NCBI GenBank assembly: GCA_023205875.1
Contig: CP060754.1
Coordinates: 1,054,001-1,118,000 of the forward strand
DNA: 64,000 bases
Direction: 5' to 3'
Source of the DNA: Chloropicon primus
Taxonomy: Eukaryota
The notes beneath the pieces are model-generated. The model saw only the letters and a program-made list of their open reading frames with translations. It ran no database searches and was not told where the DNA came from. Positions 21,466 through 33,884 of the stretch are shown piece by piece. Position numbers and translations under genes: made by a program. Position 1 is the first letter of the stretch. Every line of letters begins with the position of its first letter.

Positions 21466-21736
21466 TAGAGACAGGGGCAGGGACAGGGACAGGGACAGGG
21501 ACAGGTACAGGCCGAGGGAGAGGGAGAGGGACTCTGGTTACGCCTCGAGAGACCCTCGGGACCGTGGCGACAGGGATCACCATCCCCGCGGCGACAGGGG
21601 CCGTGGTGACAGGGACAGGGACAGGGACAGGGATTGGGACAGGAAGAGGCGGTATGATGGAGGATACCGAGACCGCGCTCCGAGCCCAGAAGGGAGGAAG
21701 AGGTCCAGGTACGACAGGGAGGAGGGGGAGATATGA
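20252..21736 (+). CDS. SNRNP70: U1 snRNP 70 kDa protein
   Basis: [56 protein letters not shown], and an RD-rich tail. Confidence 0.93.
21425..21503 (+). repeat. (GACAGG)n coding microsatellite encoding RD dipeptides
   Basis: Tandem hexamers within the U1-70K tail; boundaries approximate. Confidence 0.85.
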
Positions 21737-21972
21737 TTGCGTTGGGTGCGTCGTCGTCGTCGTCGTCAGCGGCGGCGTTCCATGAAATGAAAATAAAGAT
21801 AAAAGGAATTATATAAATACAAAAACAAAAGCGTCTTCTGCGCGCTTGGCTCGCTGCTAAGTTGTACAAGAGGGCCCAAATCTCTGATCGCCCACGCACC
21901 ACACACACCGTCCCCCAACGTTTCCGACGACGACGACGACGTCGTCGTCGTCGTCGTCGTCTACCTCACCCC

Positions 21973-22785
21973 TCACCCTCCTCCGTCCTCGAGGTCCGCG
22001 AGCTGCTCCCTGATCTCCTCGTCCTCGCCGTACTGGATCGAGTTGTCGATGTAGGCCATCAGGTCCTGCAGGCTGTCCTCCTTGGTGTAGTCGAGGGGGA
22101 AGAAGCTCACCATGCTGTACTCGTCGATCAGGCTCGCTATGGCGTCGTTCAGGCGGAGGTATTTGGGCCCCATCCTCGCGTTGAGCTGGCTGGCGAGGGA
22201 TCTCGCGTCCACGTCCAGGAAGTTCTCGACCTCCTCCTTGTTCTCCACCATGTCCAGCTTGGTCAGCACGTTGGTGTGCGGCAGCTCCAGCTGGACCATG
22301 GCGGAGAGGCACGTCATGCACCCCGAGATGAACTTGGTGGTGTCCGTGACGAACTGGGCGTCGAGGAGGTACACCGCGCACACTGACCACCCCCGGTCCC
22401 TGAGGTACTGCACGAAGCGCTTGAACGCGGGGACGTGGGAGTACAGCTCGATCTGCCCGGGGCAGTCGAAGACGAGGTAGTCGTCGTCCCCGTACGACTC
22501 CTCGAAGACTTGGGCGAACCAGTCCTCGAGGTGCTCCTCGAAGTACTCCATGGCGTACACGAGGGCCCCGTTCGGGCCGAGCTTCAGCTCCTCCTGGACG
22601 TCCTCCACTGAGATCAGGTCCCTAATGTCGAGGGAGACGGGGTACTCGAAGCTCTCCGCGGCGGGGTCCAGGTTCACGAAGTGCACCCTCCTCTTCACGG
22701 ACGTGCAGTGCTCCCCGACCTGGGAGCAGTACGTCGACTTCCCGCTCCCCGCGGGACCCAGAACAAGCTGCGCGTACCGACCCAT
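21973..22785 (-). CDS. GPN3: GPN-loop GTPase 3
   Basis: MGRYAQLVLGPAGSGKSTYC, NLDPAAE, LGPNG, FDCPGQIELYSH and IDNSIQYGED motifs. Confidence 0.93.
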   Translation of the reverse strand: MGRYAQLVLGPAGSGKSTYCSQVGEHCTSVKRRVHFVNLDPAAESFEYPVSLDIRDLISVEDVQEELKLGPNGALVYAMEYFEEHLEDWFAQVFEESYGDDDYLVFDCPGQIELYSHVPAFKRFVQYLRDRGWSVCAVYLLDAQFVTDTTKFISGCMTCLSAMVQLELPHTNVLTKLDMVENKEEVENFLDVDARSLASQLNARMGPKYLRLNDAIASLIDEYSMVSFFPLDYTKEDSLQDLMAYIDNSIQYGEDEEIREQLADLEDGGG

Positions 22786-22845
22786 CGATTGATTGATCGA
22801 TTGATCAATCAATTGATCCACAGCCAGCCTTCCTCCAGAGAGAGA

Positions 22846-23196
22846 CTCCTCCTTCCTCTGCTCCTCTGTTCCTCCTCCCTCTGTTCCTCCTTCCTCTTTT
22901 CCTCCTTCCTTCCTCTTTTCCTCCTTCCTCTTTTCCTCCTTCCTCTGTTCCTCCTTCCTCTGTTCCTCCTCCCTCTGTTCCTCCTTCCTCTGTTCCTCCT
23001 TCCTCTGCTCCTCTTCCTCCTTCCTCTGTTCCTCCTTCCTTCCTCTGCTCCTCTGTTCCTCCTTCCTCTGTTCCTCCTTCCTCTGCTCCTCTTCCTCCTT
23101 CCTCTGTTCCTCCTTCCTCCCTCTGTTCCTCCTTCCTCCTTCCTCCCTCTGTTCCTCCTTCCTCCTTCCTCCCTCTGTTCCTCCTTCCCTTTCCTT
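22846..23196. repeat. ~350-bp polypyrimidine/polypurine minisatellite, ~15-bp unit TTCCTCTGTTCCTCC
   Basis: Degenerate tandem array, almost purely C/T on the + strand, between the divergent GPN3 and clathrin genes. Confidence 0.9.
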
Positions 23197-23551
23197 GGTC
23201 GGGTCCCCCCCCTGGTGTGGAAAAGTCGAGATCGCCGACACGATATTTCCGGGAAATCCCCCGGAGCCCCGACCGACGATTTCTAGGGTTTGTCTCCGTC
23301 TCTCTCCCCCCTCCTCCCAACACACAATTATTACACCCCACCTCCAGCCTGGCCTCGGGGGGCACCAAACCAGACGACGAGGAAACGAAAGAAGCCGGAC
23401 ACGACGACGACGACGCGGTTGCGATCGATCGCACACCCTTACCGCACACGACGGACGAGGACAACGAGGAACACGAGGAAGGAAATTGGGCGCGAGGGAG
23501 GAGACGACGACGACGACGGGCTGTCTTGAGTGTGACGGAGACCAGGACACC

Positions 23552-26500
23552 ATGGCCAACGCCGCGCCGATAAGCATGAAGGAGTGTCTGCTGTAAGTGA
23601 AACTTCACGAAAACACGAAAAGGGCGAGAGGAGGACGAAGACGGTTTTTGGGGGAAAGGGAAAGGGGCGAAAAAAAATTGGGGAGGGGGAGAAAGGTTCG
23701 CGCCCTCCCCCGGGACTCGCTCGCTCGACCGTGCCCCTTGGCGTGTGAAATGAAAAGGGTTTCGGACTCCTCCTCCCTCTCGGAGAGGAAGGAATGAATT
23801 GGGAAAAGAAGAAAGAAGCGGTGGTAATCCCCCTCACCTCTTTGCTGACGACGACGATCTGTGGTCTCGATTCTTGTTTTTTTCTTGCTCGCTCTCCACC
23901 AGGCTGCCCAGCCTGGGCATCAACCAGCAGTACATCTCCTTCACGAACCTCACCATGGAAAGTGAGAAGTACATTTGCGTGCGCGAGATGGGTGCAGCGT
24001 CGGGTGGGACGAACAACGTCGTCATCATCGACATGGCGCAGCCCATGCAGCCCATGCGAAGGCCAATCACGGCGGACTCGGCTTTGATGAACCCGAACAG
24101 CAAGATCATCGCGCTGAAGGCCGCGGTGCCCGGCCAAACCGCGGACCACCTCCAGGTCTTCAACCTGGACACCAAGGCCAAGCTGGGAAGCCACCAGATG
24201 CCCGAGCAGGTCGTGTTCTGGAAGTGGATCTCGGAGACCAAGATTGGCATCGTGTCCGCCACCTCGGTGTACCACTGGAACGTGGACGGGAGCTCCGCTC
24301 CGGCCAAGGTCTTCGACAGGGCGTCCAACCTCAACGGGACGCAGGTCATCAAGTACATGGTCACCCCGGACGAGAAGTGGTGCGTCCTCATCGGGATCGC
24401 CCCAGGCTCTGCCGACAGGCCACAGCTCGTGAAGGGTTACATGCAGCTGTACTCGATGGCTCAGAGCAGGAGCCAGGCCTTGGAGGCCCACGCGGCGGCC
24501 TTCGCCTCTATCAAGGTGGGAGCCAACACGTCGCCGAGCACCCTTATCAGTTTTGCTCAGAAGTCCATGGTCAACGGCCAGTTGGTGTCCAAGCTCCACG
24601 TCATCGAGCTCGGGACCCCAGCAGCGGGGCAGACGCCCTTCACCAAGAAGCAGGCGGAGCTCTTCTTCCCCCCGGAGTTTGCCGACGATTTCCCCGTGTC
24701 GATGCAGATCAGCAAGAAGTACGGGCTGGTCTACGTGATCACGAAGCTGGGCCTTCTGTTCGTGTACGACCTGGAGACGGCCACCGCCGTGTACAGGTCG
24801 CGCATCTCGCCCGACCCAATCTTCCTGACCAGCGAGGCGGACAGCGTTGGAGGCTTCTACGCCATCAACAGAAGGGGGCAGGTGCTTTTGGCCACCGTGA
24901 ACGAGCAGAGCATGGTTCCATTCATCAGCCAGTCCCTGAACAACTTGGACCTCGCGCTTGCTATTGCCAAGAGGGGCAACCTCCCTGGCGCAGAGGCCTT
25001 GGTGGGACAGAACTTTGAGCGTCTCTTCGGCCTTGGGCAGTACAAGGAGGCCGCCGTGGCGGCGGCGGAGTCTCCAATGGGAGCTCTCCGTACCAAGGAG
25101 ACCATCGAGAAGTTGAAGGGCGTGCAGGTCCCAGCAGGCCAGACCTCTCCACTTTTGCAGTACTTCGGCACCCTCCTCACCAAGGGCAAGTTGAACCCCT
25201 TGGAAAGTCTGGAGTTGGGAAGGCTCGTGCTGTCCCAGAACAAGAAGCAGTTGCTTGAGAACTGGATGAACGAGGACAAGCTGGAGTGCGACGAGGCCCT
25301 TGGCGACCTCGTCAAGAACACTGGGGACTCGGACTTGGCTCTGAAGATTTACTTGAAGGCCCAAGCGACGCAGAAGGTCGTCACCGCCTTTGCTGAGAGA
25401 GGGCAGTTTGAGGAGCTTGTCAAGTACAGCGGACAGGTCGGGCACAAGCCTGACTACATGTACATCATGCAGTCCCTCCTCATGAGCAACCCCCAGGCGG
25501 CAGCCAAGCTTGCCGTGACCATCGCTCAGCAGCCTGGACCACCAGTCGACGTGAACACCATCACGGACCTCTTCTTGCAGAGAAACATGATCCGCGAGGC
25601 CACGTCCTTCCTGTTGGAGGTCCTGAAGCCTAACTTGCCGGAGCAAGCCATGCTTCAGACCAAGGTTCTCGAGATCAACCTGGTCACCTATCCAAACGTC
25701 GCCGATGCAATTCTCGCGAACAACATGTTTACTCACTACGATCGTCCAAGAGTGGCGCAGCTTTGCGAGAAGGCAGGCTTGTACATGAGGGCGCTGCAGC
25801 ACTACAGCGACCTTTCGGACATCAAGCGTGTGATCATCAACACCCACGCCATTGAGCCACAGGCCCTTGTCGAGTTCTGCGGAACTCTCTCCCCTGAGTG
25901 GGCTCTTGCCTGCTTGAAGGAAATGCTCAGTGTCAATGCTCAGCAGAACTTGCAGTTGGTCGTGCAGATCGCAAAGGAGTACACCGAGCAGATCGGGTCC
26001 TCGGGCATCATCGACCTCCTCGAGGAATTCAAGTCCTACGAGGGGCTTTACTTCTACCTCGGCTCCTACCTCGCCTTCTCTGAGGACCCAGACGTGCACT
26101 TCAAATACATTGAGGCTGCCACCAAGACTGGCCAGGTCAAGGAAGTGGAGAGGGTCACAAGGGAGAGCAACTTCTATGACCCAGAGAAGACGAAGCAGTT
26201 CCTCATGGAGGCCAAGCTTCAAGACGCGAGGCCACTTATCAATGTGTGCGACAGGTTCGACCTCATTAGGGACCTCGCGTTGTACTTGTTCAAGAACAAC
26301 ATGTTGAAGTACATCGAGGCGTACGTCCAGAAGGTCAACCCATCCAAGGCTCCAGAAATTGTTGGCGCACTTTTGGATGTCGAGTGCGATGAGGAGTTCG
26401 TTTCCAACCTCATCCTCAGTGTCCGCTCCTTGTTGCCAGTCGAGCCACTCGTTGCGGAGGTCGAGAAGCGTAACAGAATGAAGCTCCTCACCACCTTCTT

Positions 26501-28946
26501 GGACCACTTGGTCAGCGAAGGCAGCACTGATGCTCATGTCCACAATGCTTTGGGAAAGATCATCATAGATTCCAACAACAACCCAGAGCATTTCTTGACG
26601 ACCAACCCACACTACGACAGCGAGGTTGTAGGAAAGTATTGCGAGAAGAGGGATCCAAACCTTGCTTGTGTCGCTTACAAGCGCGGCCAGTGCGACGACG
26701 CCCTTGTCGATTGCACCAACAAGAACTCTATGTTCAAGCTTCAGGCGAGATATGTTGTCGAGAGAATGGACCTGGATCTTTGGGCCAAGGTCCTTGACCC
26801 AGAGAGCGAGCACCGCAGGCAGCTGATCGACCAGGTCGTGTCCACTGCACTTCCTGAGAGCAAGAACCCTGAGCAGGTGTCCGTGAGTGTCAAGGCATTC
26901 ATGACTGCAGATCTGCCAAACGAGTTGATCGAGCTCCTCGAGAAGATTGTTCTCCAGAACTCTGCATTCAGTGGTAACCCTAACTTGCAGAACTTGTTGA
27001 TTTTGACTGCCATCAAGGCGGACGGAACAAGAGTCATGGACTACATCAACAGATTGGACCACTTCGATGGTCCGGCTGTGGGAGAGATTGCAGTGGGCTC
27101 TGAGCTGTTCGAAGAGGCGTACTTCATTTACAAGAAGTTCGACCTCCATGTTCCTGCGATCAAGGTTCTTCTCGAGAACTTGGGATCCATCGAAAGAGCC
27201 CACGAGTACGCCACCAAGGTGGAGGAGAAGGAGTGCTGGAGTGAGCTTGCAAAGGCGCAGCTCGCGGGAGGCAACATCAAGGATGCGATCACATCTTACA
27301 TCCGTGCTGATGACGAGAGCAACCGCGACAGCGTCATTGCCGAGGCAAAGAAGAGCGACTCTTATGAGGACTTGGTGAAGTATCTCAAGATGGTTAGGTC
27401 CAAGGTCAAGGAGGCCTCCGTGGACACTGAGCTTGCGTACGCCTATGCCAAGATCGGAGAGCTTGGCCACCTCGAGGAGTTCATCGTTTCCACTCCGGGT
27501 ATTAACCTGCAGTCAGTTGGAGACCGCTGCTTTGATGAGGGCATCTTTGAGGCCTCCAAGATCATCTTCACGAGCTTGTCAAACTGGGGAAGGCTCGCAA
27601 GTACTTTGGTGAAGCTGACGCAATACCAGGCAGCTGTCGACGCCGCGCGCAAGGCCAACTCTTCCAAGACCTGGAAGGAAGTCTGCTTCGCGTGTGTGGA
27701 GCAGGAGGAATACAGACTCGCTCAGCTGTGCGGTTTGAGCATCATTGTCAATGCTGATGACCTCGAGGACGTGAGCGAGTTCTACCAGGGAAGAGGCAAG
27801 AACGAGGAGCTCATTGCCCTCATGGAGGCTGGTCTTGGACTTGAGCGCTCTCATATGGGAATCTTTACAGAGCTGGGAATTCTGTACGCAAAGTACAAAT
27901 TAGATAAGCTGATGGAGCACCTCAAGCTCTTCTCGAACAAGATCAACATCCCAAAGCTGATCCGCGTGTGCGAGGAGCAGATGCACTGGAAGGCTCTCTC
28001 GTTCTTGTATGTCCAGTACGACGAGTATGACAATGCTGCGAACGTGATGATGAACCACTCCCCAGAAGCTTGGGAGCATGTTGCATTCAAGGATGTTGCC
28101 GTCAAGGTCTCCAACGCTGATCTGTTCTACAAGGCGATCACCTTCTACCTGGACGAGCACCCTCTCCTTCTGTGCGACCTCTTGGCTGTCCTCTCGTCTA
28201 GAATCGACCACTCTAGGGTCGTGGACGTCATGAGAAAGAGGGAGCACCTTCCTTTGGTGAAGCCATACCTCCTTTCTGTGCAGCAGTCCAACCTCGTGGC
28301 TGTCAACGAAGCGGTCAATGACTTGCTCATTGAGGAGCATGACTTTGAGGGTCTGAGGAACTCCATTGAGACGTACGACAACTTCGACCAGCTGCAGCTC
28401 GCGACGAGAATCGAGAAGCACGATATCATGGAGTTTAGAAGAATTGCTACTCTCATTTATAAGAAGAGCCTCCGCTGGAAGCAGAGCATGCAGTTGAGCG
28501 TAGACGACAAGCTCTACAAGGATGCCATGGAGACTGCTGCGCAGAGTGGCGAGCCTGAGCTTGCAGAGGAGCTGCTCAAGGGTTTCATTGCAGACGGAAA
28601 CAAGGAGTGTTTCGCTGCTTGCTTGTACACTTGCTACGATCTCATCAAGCCTGACATTGCCCTTCAGTTGGCATGGATGAACGGCATGACAGACCATGCC
28701 ATGCCTTACATGATTCAGGTGATGAGGGACCAGACTTCCAAGATTGACTTGCTCATGGCTGAGAGGGCAGAGCGCAAGAAGGAGGCAGAGAAGACGGATG
28801 ACGACTCTTCGAATAGTCAGCAGTCTAATATGTATGCTCAGATGCTCCCCCCTGCTCTCCCCTCCCCAATGCAGTATCAGCAGCAGCAGCAAGCCGGCAT
28901 GTACAACGCCAACGGGTATAACCAACAACAACAGTTTCAACAATAG
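23552..28946 (+). CDS. CHC: Clathrin heavy chain, join(23552..23592,23903..28946)
   Basis: Exon 1 [13 protein letters not shown] splices (GTAAGT, branch TGCTGAC, CAG) in frame to [28 protein letters not shown]. The remainder is a full clathrin heavy chain. Confidence 0.96.
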
Positions 28947-29169
28947 TAAACCTCCAATAATCTTTTGAAATCAAACTTACAAACCTTCAAACTAGACTAC
29001 GGACGACGATCGTCAGCACCTTTGCTTTCCTCCTCCCTCTCTCTTTTCCCTCGACGACTCCAAATCCATTCTCATCTAAAGCCAAAGCCGTTTTCGTTTT
29101 GGCTCGGCAAAGGTGCGGGCTGACGGGAGGGTTTCGGGAGGAGGAGGGGGCGCAAGGGAGTCGAGAACA

Positions 29170-31221
29170 ATGTACCTTCGCGACTTTGTTGCCCTGACCC
29201 TGGCCGTCTGCGCCATCTACATATCCCTGCAAAGGGAGGGCTCCTTTGCGTTCAGGAAGGCGTGGTACCACAAGGCCGACGAGGATCAGACCTTGCTGTT
29301 CGAGTCGGTGAGGCTCCCCCCTCCCTTCCTGTGTGACTTAAACGGGGACGGGAGGATGGAGGTTCTCACGACGACTTACGACGGAAAGCTGCAGCTCCTG
29401 ACCCCCGCCCCTCCAGGGAAGGAGGGAGAGGGTTTCGCGGCGGCGAAGATCATAGCAGAGATCCAGGTCGTCGAGGTGCCCTTGGTCCAACCTGTGCACT
29501 TCGTGGCGGTGAAGACGGGCTTCATCGACGCTCTGCCTAGCAACTTGGTCGCGGCCCCGCGCAAGGAGGTCGTGGTCGTGATGACGACCGACTGGAAAGT
29601 TCATTGCTATGACCACAACTTGAACAAGCTGTGGGAGAAGGACATGGGAAAGCATTTGGACCTTGGGAGGAGTGCCCGAACTCCGAAGACTCACGAGGTT
29701 TCGATCTTGGTGACCGGCCACAAGGTGAGGCAGGATGACAGGGGGATCGTGGTGGTGGGCGGGAGCGTGCTGAGGGGGGATATGCACGGCTCAGGGGATC
29801 TCCTGGCGGACGCGGAGGAGGGCCTGGAGAGGGCCGGGCACGAAGCTGGTGGCTCTGGTTTTGGGGTCACGGAGGAGCAAGTCAGCGGCAGGACGTCCAA
29901 GTTCTTCTCCTACTTCGCCTTCGAGGGCGGATCGGGGGCAATGCGGTGGAAGCACGAGGCGGACGACTTCCACAAGACCGCGATGAACGTGTCCGAGATG
30001 ATCACTCCCCAGCACAACTACAGGCTGTCGGCAAAGGAGATGGAGAGGAAGGAGTTTGGCGAGCTCTCGTGCCAGAAGTTCCGGACCAGCGTGATACAGG
30101 CCCTGCCTCACAAGTGGGAGAGGAGGGAGGACACCTACTTCAAGCTGGCGCACTTCACCAGGCGCAAGGAGTCGAGGGGCAACCAGAAGAAGGAAATCTC
30201 TGGCTCAGCCGGGGGCAAGGGGCCGAGGGCCGCCGGGTTGAACCACGGCAACGTCGTCGCAAAGACTCTCAGCGACGTGGTGAGCGCCTCCTCGGGCAGC
30301 GCCTCCCACGTCAAGGGCAGGAAGGAGAGTGAGCCCCCAAACGTGTTCGTCGCGCACCTGGCTGATGGCATCCACGCCATTCACTTGTACACGGGCAGGT
30401 CCATCTGCAAGCTCCACCTCGCGAGTCCCGGGCTGCATGCGGACATAAACGGGGACGGGATCATAGAGCACGTCCAGGTGTACGGCAAGGACCCGGATTA
30501 CAACTATAACGCCCAACATTCGCACCACCACGCTTTGCCCGGGTGCTCCACCGTGGTGACCGCGGGCATACCGGCGCACACGGTCTTCAACGCCAGCGTC
30601 TGTAAGTACATGAAGAGCAGGTCCACGTTCCTGAGGAGGAACGCTCACCTGGAGGAGCTGGAGGTGACCCATCCCGCGCTTCTGCCCCTGAGCTCGCACC
30701 GGATCGCTGCGAGCCACGAGCGCGCCAGCAGCAAGTACGACCTGGTCTTCCTCAACTCCTACGGGGAGGCGACTTGCTTGAGCAGCCACGGCCACAGGAA
30801 GTGGTCCGTGCAGGCGGGAAGCGGTTGGACGGGCCCCGACGGCCAGTCCGAGGTGGACAGGGTCGCCCCCACCCTCAGAACGATGGAGCTGCGTGTCCAC
30901 GGCCACAACTGGGTCGTCGTGACCGCCGGGGCGTACTCTGCCAACATCCTGTCGCCCAACGGCCACAAGCTGGAGTCCATCGACCTGCCGGGGAAGCCAA
31001 ACTTGGATCTTCAGGTCATGGACTTCAACTCGGATGGGTTGAACGACCTCGTGCTGTGCACGTCAGAGGGTTACTACGGGTATGCGCAGATCAGGAAGTT
31101 CTCCAGCGCCCCTCTGACGGGTCTCCTCGCTTGCCTCCTCGTGGCCATGATCTCCATCTACGTCAGTCTGCACGGCACGGGCAAGGGAAAGACCCGGGGC
31201 ATGGAGAAGGTCCAGGATTGA
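29170..31221 (+). CDS. FG-GAP repeat membrane protein, NERD1-like
   Basis: N-terminal RDFVALTLAVCAIYISLQREGSFAFRKAWY, FG-GAP motifs (DLNGDG, DINGDG, DFNSDGLNDLV), and a C-terminal TM helix. TGTAA at 31246. Confidence 0.8.
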   Translation: MYLRDFVALTLAVCAIYISLQREGSFAFRKAWYHKADEDQTLLFESVRLPPPFLCDLNGDGRMEVLTTTYDGKLQLLTPAPPGKEGEGFAAAKIIAEIQVVEVPLVQPVHFVAVKTGFIDALPSNLVAAPRKEVVVVMTTDWKVHCYDHNLNKLWEKDMGKHLDLGRSARTPKTHEVSILVTGHKVRQDDRGIVVVGGSVLRGDMHGSGDLLADAEEGLERAGHEAGGSGFGVTEEQVSGRTSKFFSYFAFEGGSGAMRWKHEADDFHKTAMNVSEMITPQHNYRLSAKEMERKEFGELSCQKFRTSVIQALPHKWERREDTYFKLAHFTRRKESRGNQKKEISGSAGGKGPRAAGLNHGNVVAKTLSDVVSASSGSASHVKGRKESEPPNVFVAHLADGIHAIHLYTGRSICKLHLASPGLHADINGDGIIEHVQVYGKDPDYNYNAQHSHHHALPGCSTVVTAGIPAHTVFNASVCKYMKSRSTFLRRNAHLEELEVTHPALLPLSSHRIAASHERASSKYDLVFLNSYGEATCLSSHGHRKWSVQAGSGWTGPDGQSEVDRVAPTLRTMELRVHGHNWVVVTAGAYSANILSPNGHKLESIDLPGKPNLDLQVMDFNSDGLNDLVLCTSEGYYGYAQIRKFSSAPLTGLLACLLVAMISIYVSLHGTGKGKTRGMEKVQD

Positions 31222-31245
31222 AGCAGCGAATCCTATTACTAGGTG

Positions 31246-31280
<35 letters not shown>

Positions 31281-31666
31281 CCGTAACGGTTTTGCTTTCG
31301 TTGTTGTACACATAGACACATTCCTATTTATCCCATACCTGCCCTCGCCTCCGTCTCTCTCCCTGTCTGCAGTCTGCACCAGACCAACCCTTGGATCGTA
31401 CAGCGAGTGAAGGACCCCACACGGTCAAGGAAGAAAAGGAAGAAAGACACACACACACACACACACACACCCCTTCATCCCTTCATCCCTTCATCCCAAG
31501 ATCCGAGCCTCCTCTCCTGGCTGGTCATTAAAAAATTCGCAGAGCCCGAGAGAGAGGGTCGGGTCGGTCGGGCAAAACCTACGTGGACGGGTGCGACGCA
31601 CGGAAGCGGAGAGAAGAGAGAGGGAGGGTTGTTGGTTTTGTAGGGAGGGGCGCGGGGAGAGGGAAA

Positions 31667-33661
31667 ATGTTTTTCCTTGCGCGAAAGTCTCAAATTGACT
31701 CGCTGACGTCGACCAAGGACGAGCCGACGCCTATTTACGGTTTGCAAGAGTTGGCGAAATTGGTGTCTTCTGACTCGAGCTCCGTGGACAGCGTGGCTTC
31801 GTACCTTTGCACGACCCGCCTGGCGCACAAGAGCCCCGTGGTGAAGCAGAAGGTGCTCAAGGCGATCAAGTACGTGGCGAGCAAGCCGGAGTGCTCGTCT
31901 TTCCGCTCGGCGGTCCAGCAGAACGCTGGGGCGTTGCGCGAGCACGCGAACTTCTCCTGCGCTGCGGACCCTTTGAAAGGGAACCGGCCGGCCGAGCTCG
32001 TGCGCCAGGCGGCCAAGGAGGCCATCCACGCCATCTACAGCACCGACTCCTCGTGGGATGGCTCCGGCGGCTCGAGGACCCAGGCCATGCAGGGCTTCGG
32101 GACGGGCGTGAGCACGAGCCACGGGAGCGACAACGCGGAGAGCGCGAGGTCCTCCTCCTCCTCCTCCGGGTTCAACAGAGGGGGGAGGGACAGGAGTGGC
32201 TCGGGCGGCTTTGGAGTGAAGCTTTCGTGGGGCAGGTCGAACGGCAACGACACCGCCCCCCAGTTCGCCAGCAGCCCGGCCCACAGCCCGAGGGGATTCG
32301 GCGAGGGGGAGCCGAGCAACAACAACAACCAGAGGGGCGCCTGGGGCGCCTCCCTGGAGCCCCAGGGCGCCCCGGTTCCAATCAGCAGCTACAGCAGCAA
32401 TCAACAGCCTTCCTCCTCCGAGTCCAGCATCCACAGAATGGAGGCGATCTTGGACAAGATTTGCTTGAGGAAGGGAATGAAGCTCCAGCCCCCCGCGGAG
32501 GAAGTGAAGAAGTACGTGTCGGCTGCCCAGGACGTCCACATCGAGGACCTTTGGCTGACCTTGAAGATAAAGCTGTCCCACGAGCCTTGGCAGCAGCAGT
32601 ACATCGGCCTGTGCCTTCTCCAGGCGCTCTTGGGTTGCCACAACAAGACTTTTGGCCAGGCCGTCAGGGACCAGGCGGGGAAGGACTCGGGTTGCGTGCA
32701 GAACCTCTGCTCTGCGCAGAACGCCACCCTCTCCACCAAGGCGAAGAACGTGCTGTCCAAGCTGAACAGGGGTCAAGCCCAGCATGCCGCGCGCGGAGCC
32801 CAGGGGCACCCCAACCCCCAGCCCCAGCCCCAGCCCCAAGGCGTGCCGCAGCCGGACCTGCTCGATCTTGGTCTGGGGGCGCCCGCGGCCCCCGGCCAGC
32901 CCCAAGGGCAGGCTGACCTCCTCCAGGGCCTCGAGGTGGTCGCGGGGGGCGGCCAGAGCCAGGCCGCTGCGCCGGCCGCTGCGCCGGCGAGCGACCTCTT
33001 CGCGGGGCTGAGCGTTTCCAACAACGACGGCCCCCAGAAGCAGAGTCAGGGGGGTGGCCTCGCGAACGCCGCTGCCCCTCCAGCTGTCCAGCAGCAGGGT
33101 GCGGGTGCCGGTGGGCTGTTCGATGGCCTCGATATGAACCAGCAGGGCCCAGCCAAGACCGGTCCAGCGCCAGTCCAGGCCGACCTTTTCGGCGGTGCCG
33201 ATGCAGCAGTGCAGCAAAACACCACTCGGCCGCCGATGAGCCCGCCGCCGATGAGCCCGCCACCCGCGATGCCGCCGCCGCAAGGAATGATGCCGCTGTC
33301 GCAAGGAATGATGCCGCCGTCGCAAGGAATGATGCCGCAAGCCATGCCAGGGATGAACATGAATCCAATGATGCAGCAGCAGATGATGCAGCAGCAGATG
33401 ATGCTGCAGCAACAGATGATGATGCAGCAGCAGCAGCGCCAGATGATGATGCAGCCGCAGATGTATCAGCCCATGGGGGGCATGCACACTGGGATGGGCA
33501 TGGGCATGGGGGGCATGACGCACCCGGCAGGGCCAAAGCTCGGCAGCAACCATACTAGCCCAACGGGGGCGATGAGCGCGGCGCGCAACAGCACCATGAT
33601 AGACGGGCGGGCGAGGCCAGAGCCAGCTTTCGATTTCGTCCAGGACCTCCTTAAGAAGTAA
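31667..33661 (+). CDS. ENTH/VHS-domain AP-4 accessory protein (tepsin/MTV1-like)
   Basis: IDSLTSTKDEPTPIYGLQEL, RLAHKSPVVKQKVLKAIKY, DPLKGN, DLF/DLL motifs, Met/Gln-rich tail ending AFDFVQD. Confidence 0.8.
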   Translation: MFFLARKSQIDSLTSTKDEPTPIYGLQELAKLVSSDSSSVDSVASYLCTTRLAHKSPVVKQKVLKAIKYVASKPECSSFRSAVQQNAGALREHANFSCAADPLKGNRPAELVRQAAKEAIHAIYSTDSSWDGSGGSRTQAMQGFGTGVSTSHGSDNAESARSSSSSSGFNRGGRDRSGSGGFGVKLSWGRSNGNDTAPQFASSPAHSPRGFGEGEPSNNNNQRGAWGASLEPQGAPVPISSYSSNQQPSSSESSIHRMEAILDKICLRKGMKLQPPAEEVKKYVSAAQDVHIEDLWLTLKIKLSHEPWQQQYIGLCLLQALLGCHNKTFGQAVRDQAGKDSGCVQNLCSAQNATLSTKAKNVLSKLNRGQAQHAARGAQGHPNPQPQPQPQGVPQPDLLDLGLGAPAAPGQPQGQADLLQGLEVVAGGGQSQAAAPAAAPASDLFAGLSVSNNDGPQKQSQGGGLANAAAPPAVQQQGAGAGGLFDGLDMNQQGPAKTGPAPVQADLFGGADAAVQQNTTRPPMSPPPMSPPPAMPPPQGMMPLSQGMMPPSQGMMPQAMPGMNMNPMMQQQMMQQQMMLQQQMMMQQQQRQMMMQPQMYQPMGGMHTGMGMGMGGMTHPAGPKLGSNHTSPTGAMSAARNSTMIDGRARPEPAFDFVQDLLKK

Positions 33662-33884
33662 CTAGTAGGTTTTTGTTTGTTTGATAATCAACCTCACCTC
33701 TTTCAACAGGCAAGCACATGCAGGGAGTGTGACGACTGGCTTCTTCGCCGGGTGCGAGTGAGGGAGGAGTTTTTTTCTGAGGGCAGAGGGGGGGGGGGCG
33801 AGGACAACGACATTCTCGTCGACGTCGCTGTTACAGGCTTTATATTCTAAAGATGGCAGACACACGTGCTTCTTCGTTTGCTTT

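Noticed and set aside
22786..23577. Long RKEEQ-repeat N-terminal extension of GPN3 in the ORF track
   Set aside because: It depends on a non-ATG start and reads through a minisatellite. The conserved GPN3 N-terminus begins at 22785.
23439..27470. 1343-aa antisense ORF over clathrin (similar long antisense ORFs at 3722-5698, 31475-33553 and 36089-38623)
   Set aside because: Shadow ORFs expected from strong codon bias on the sense strand. They contain no recognisable domains.
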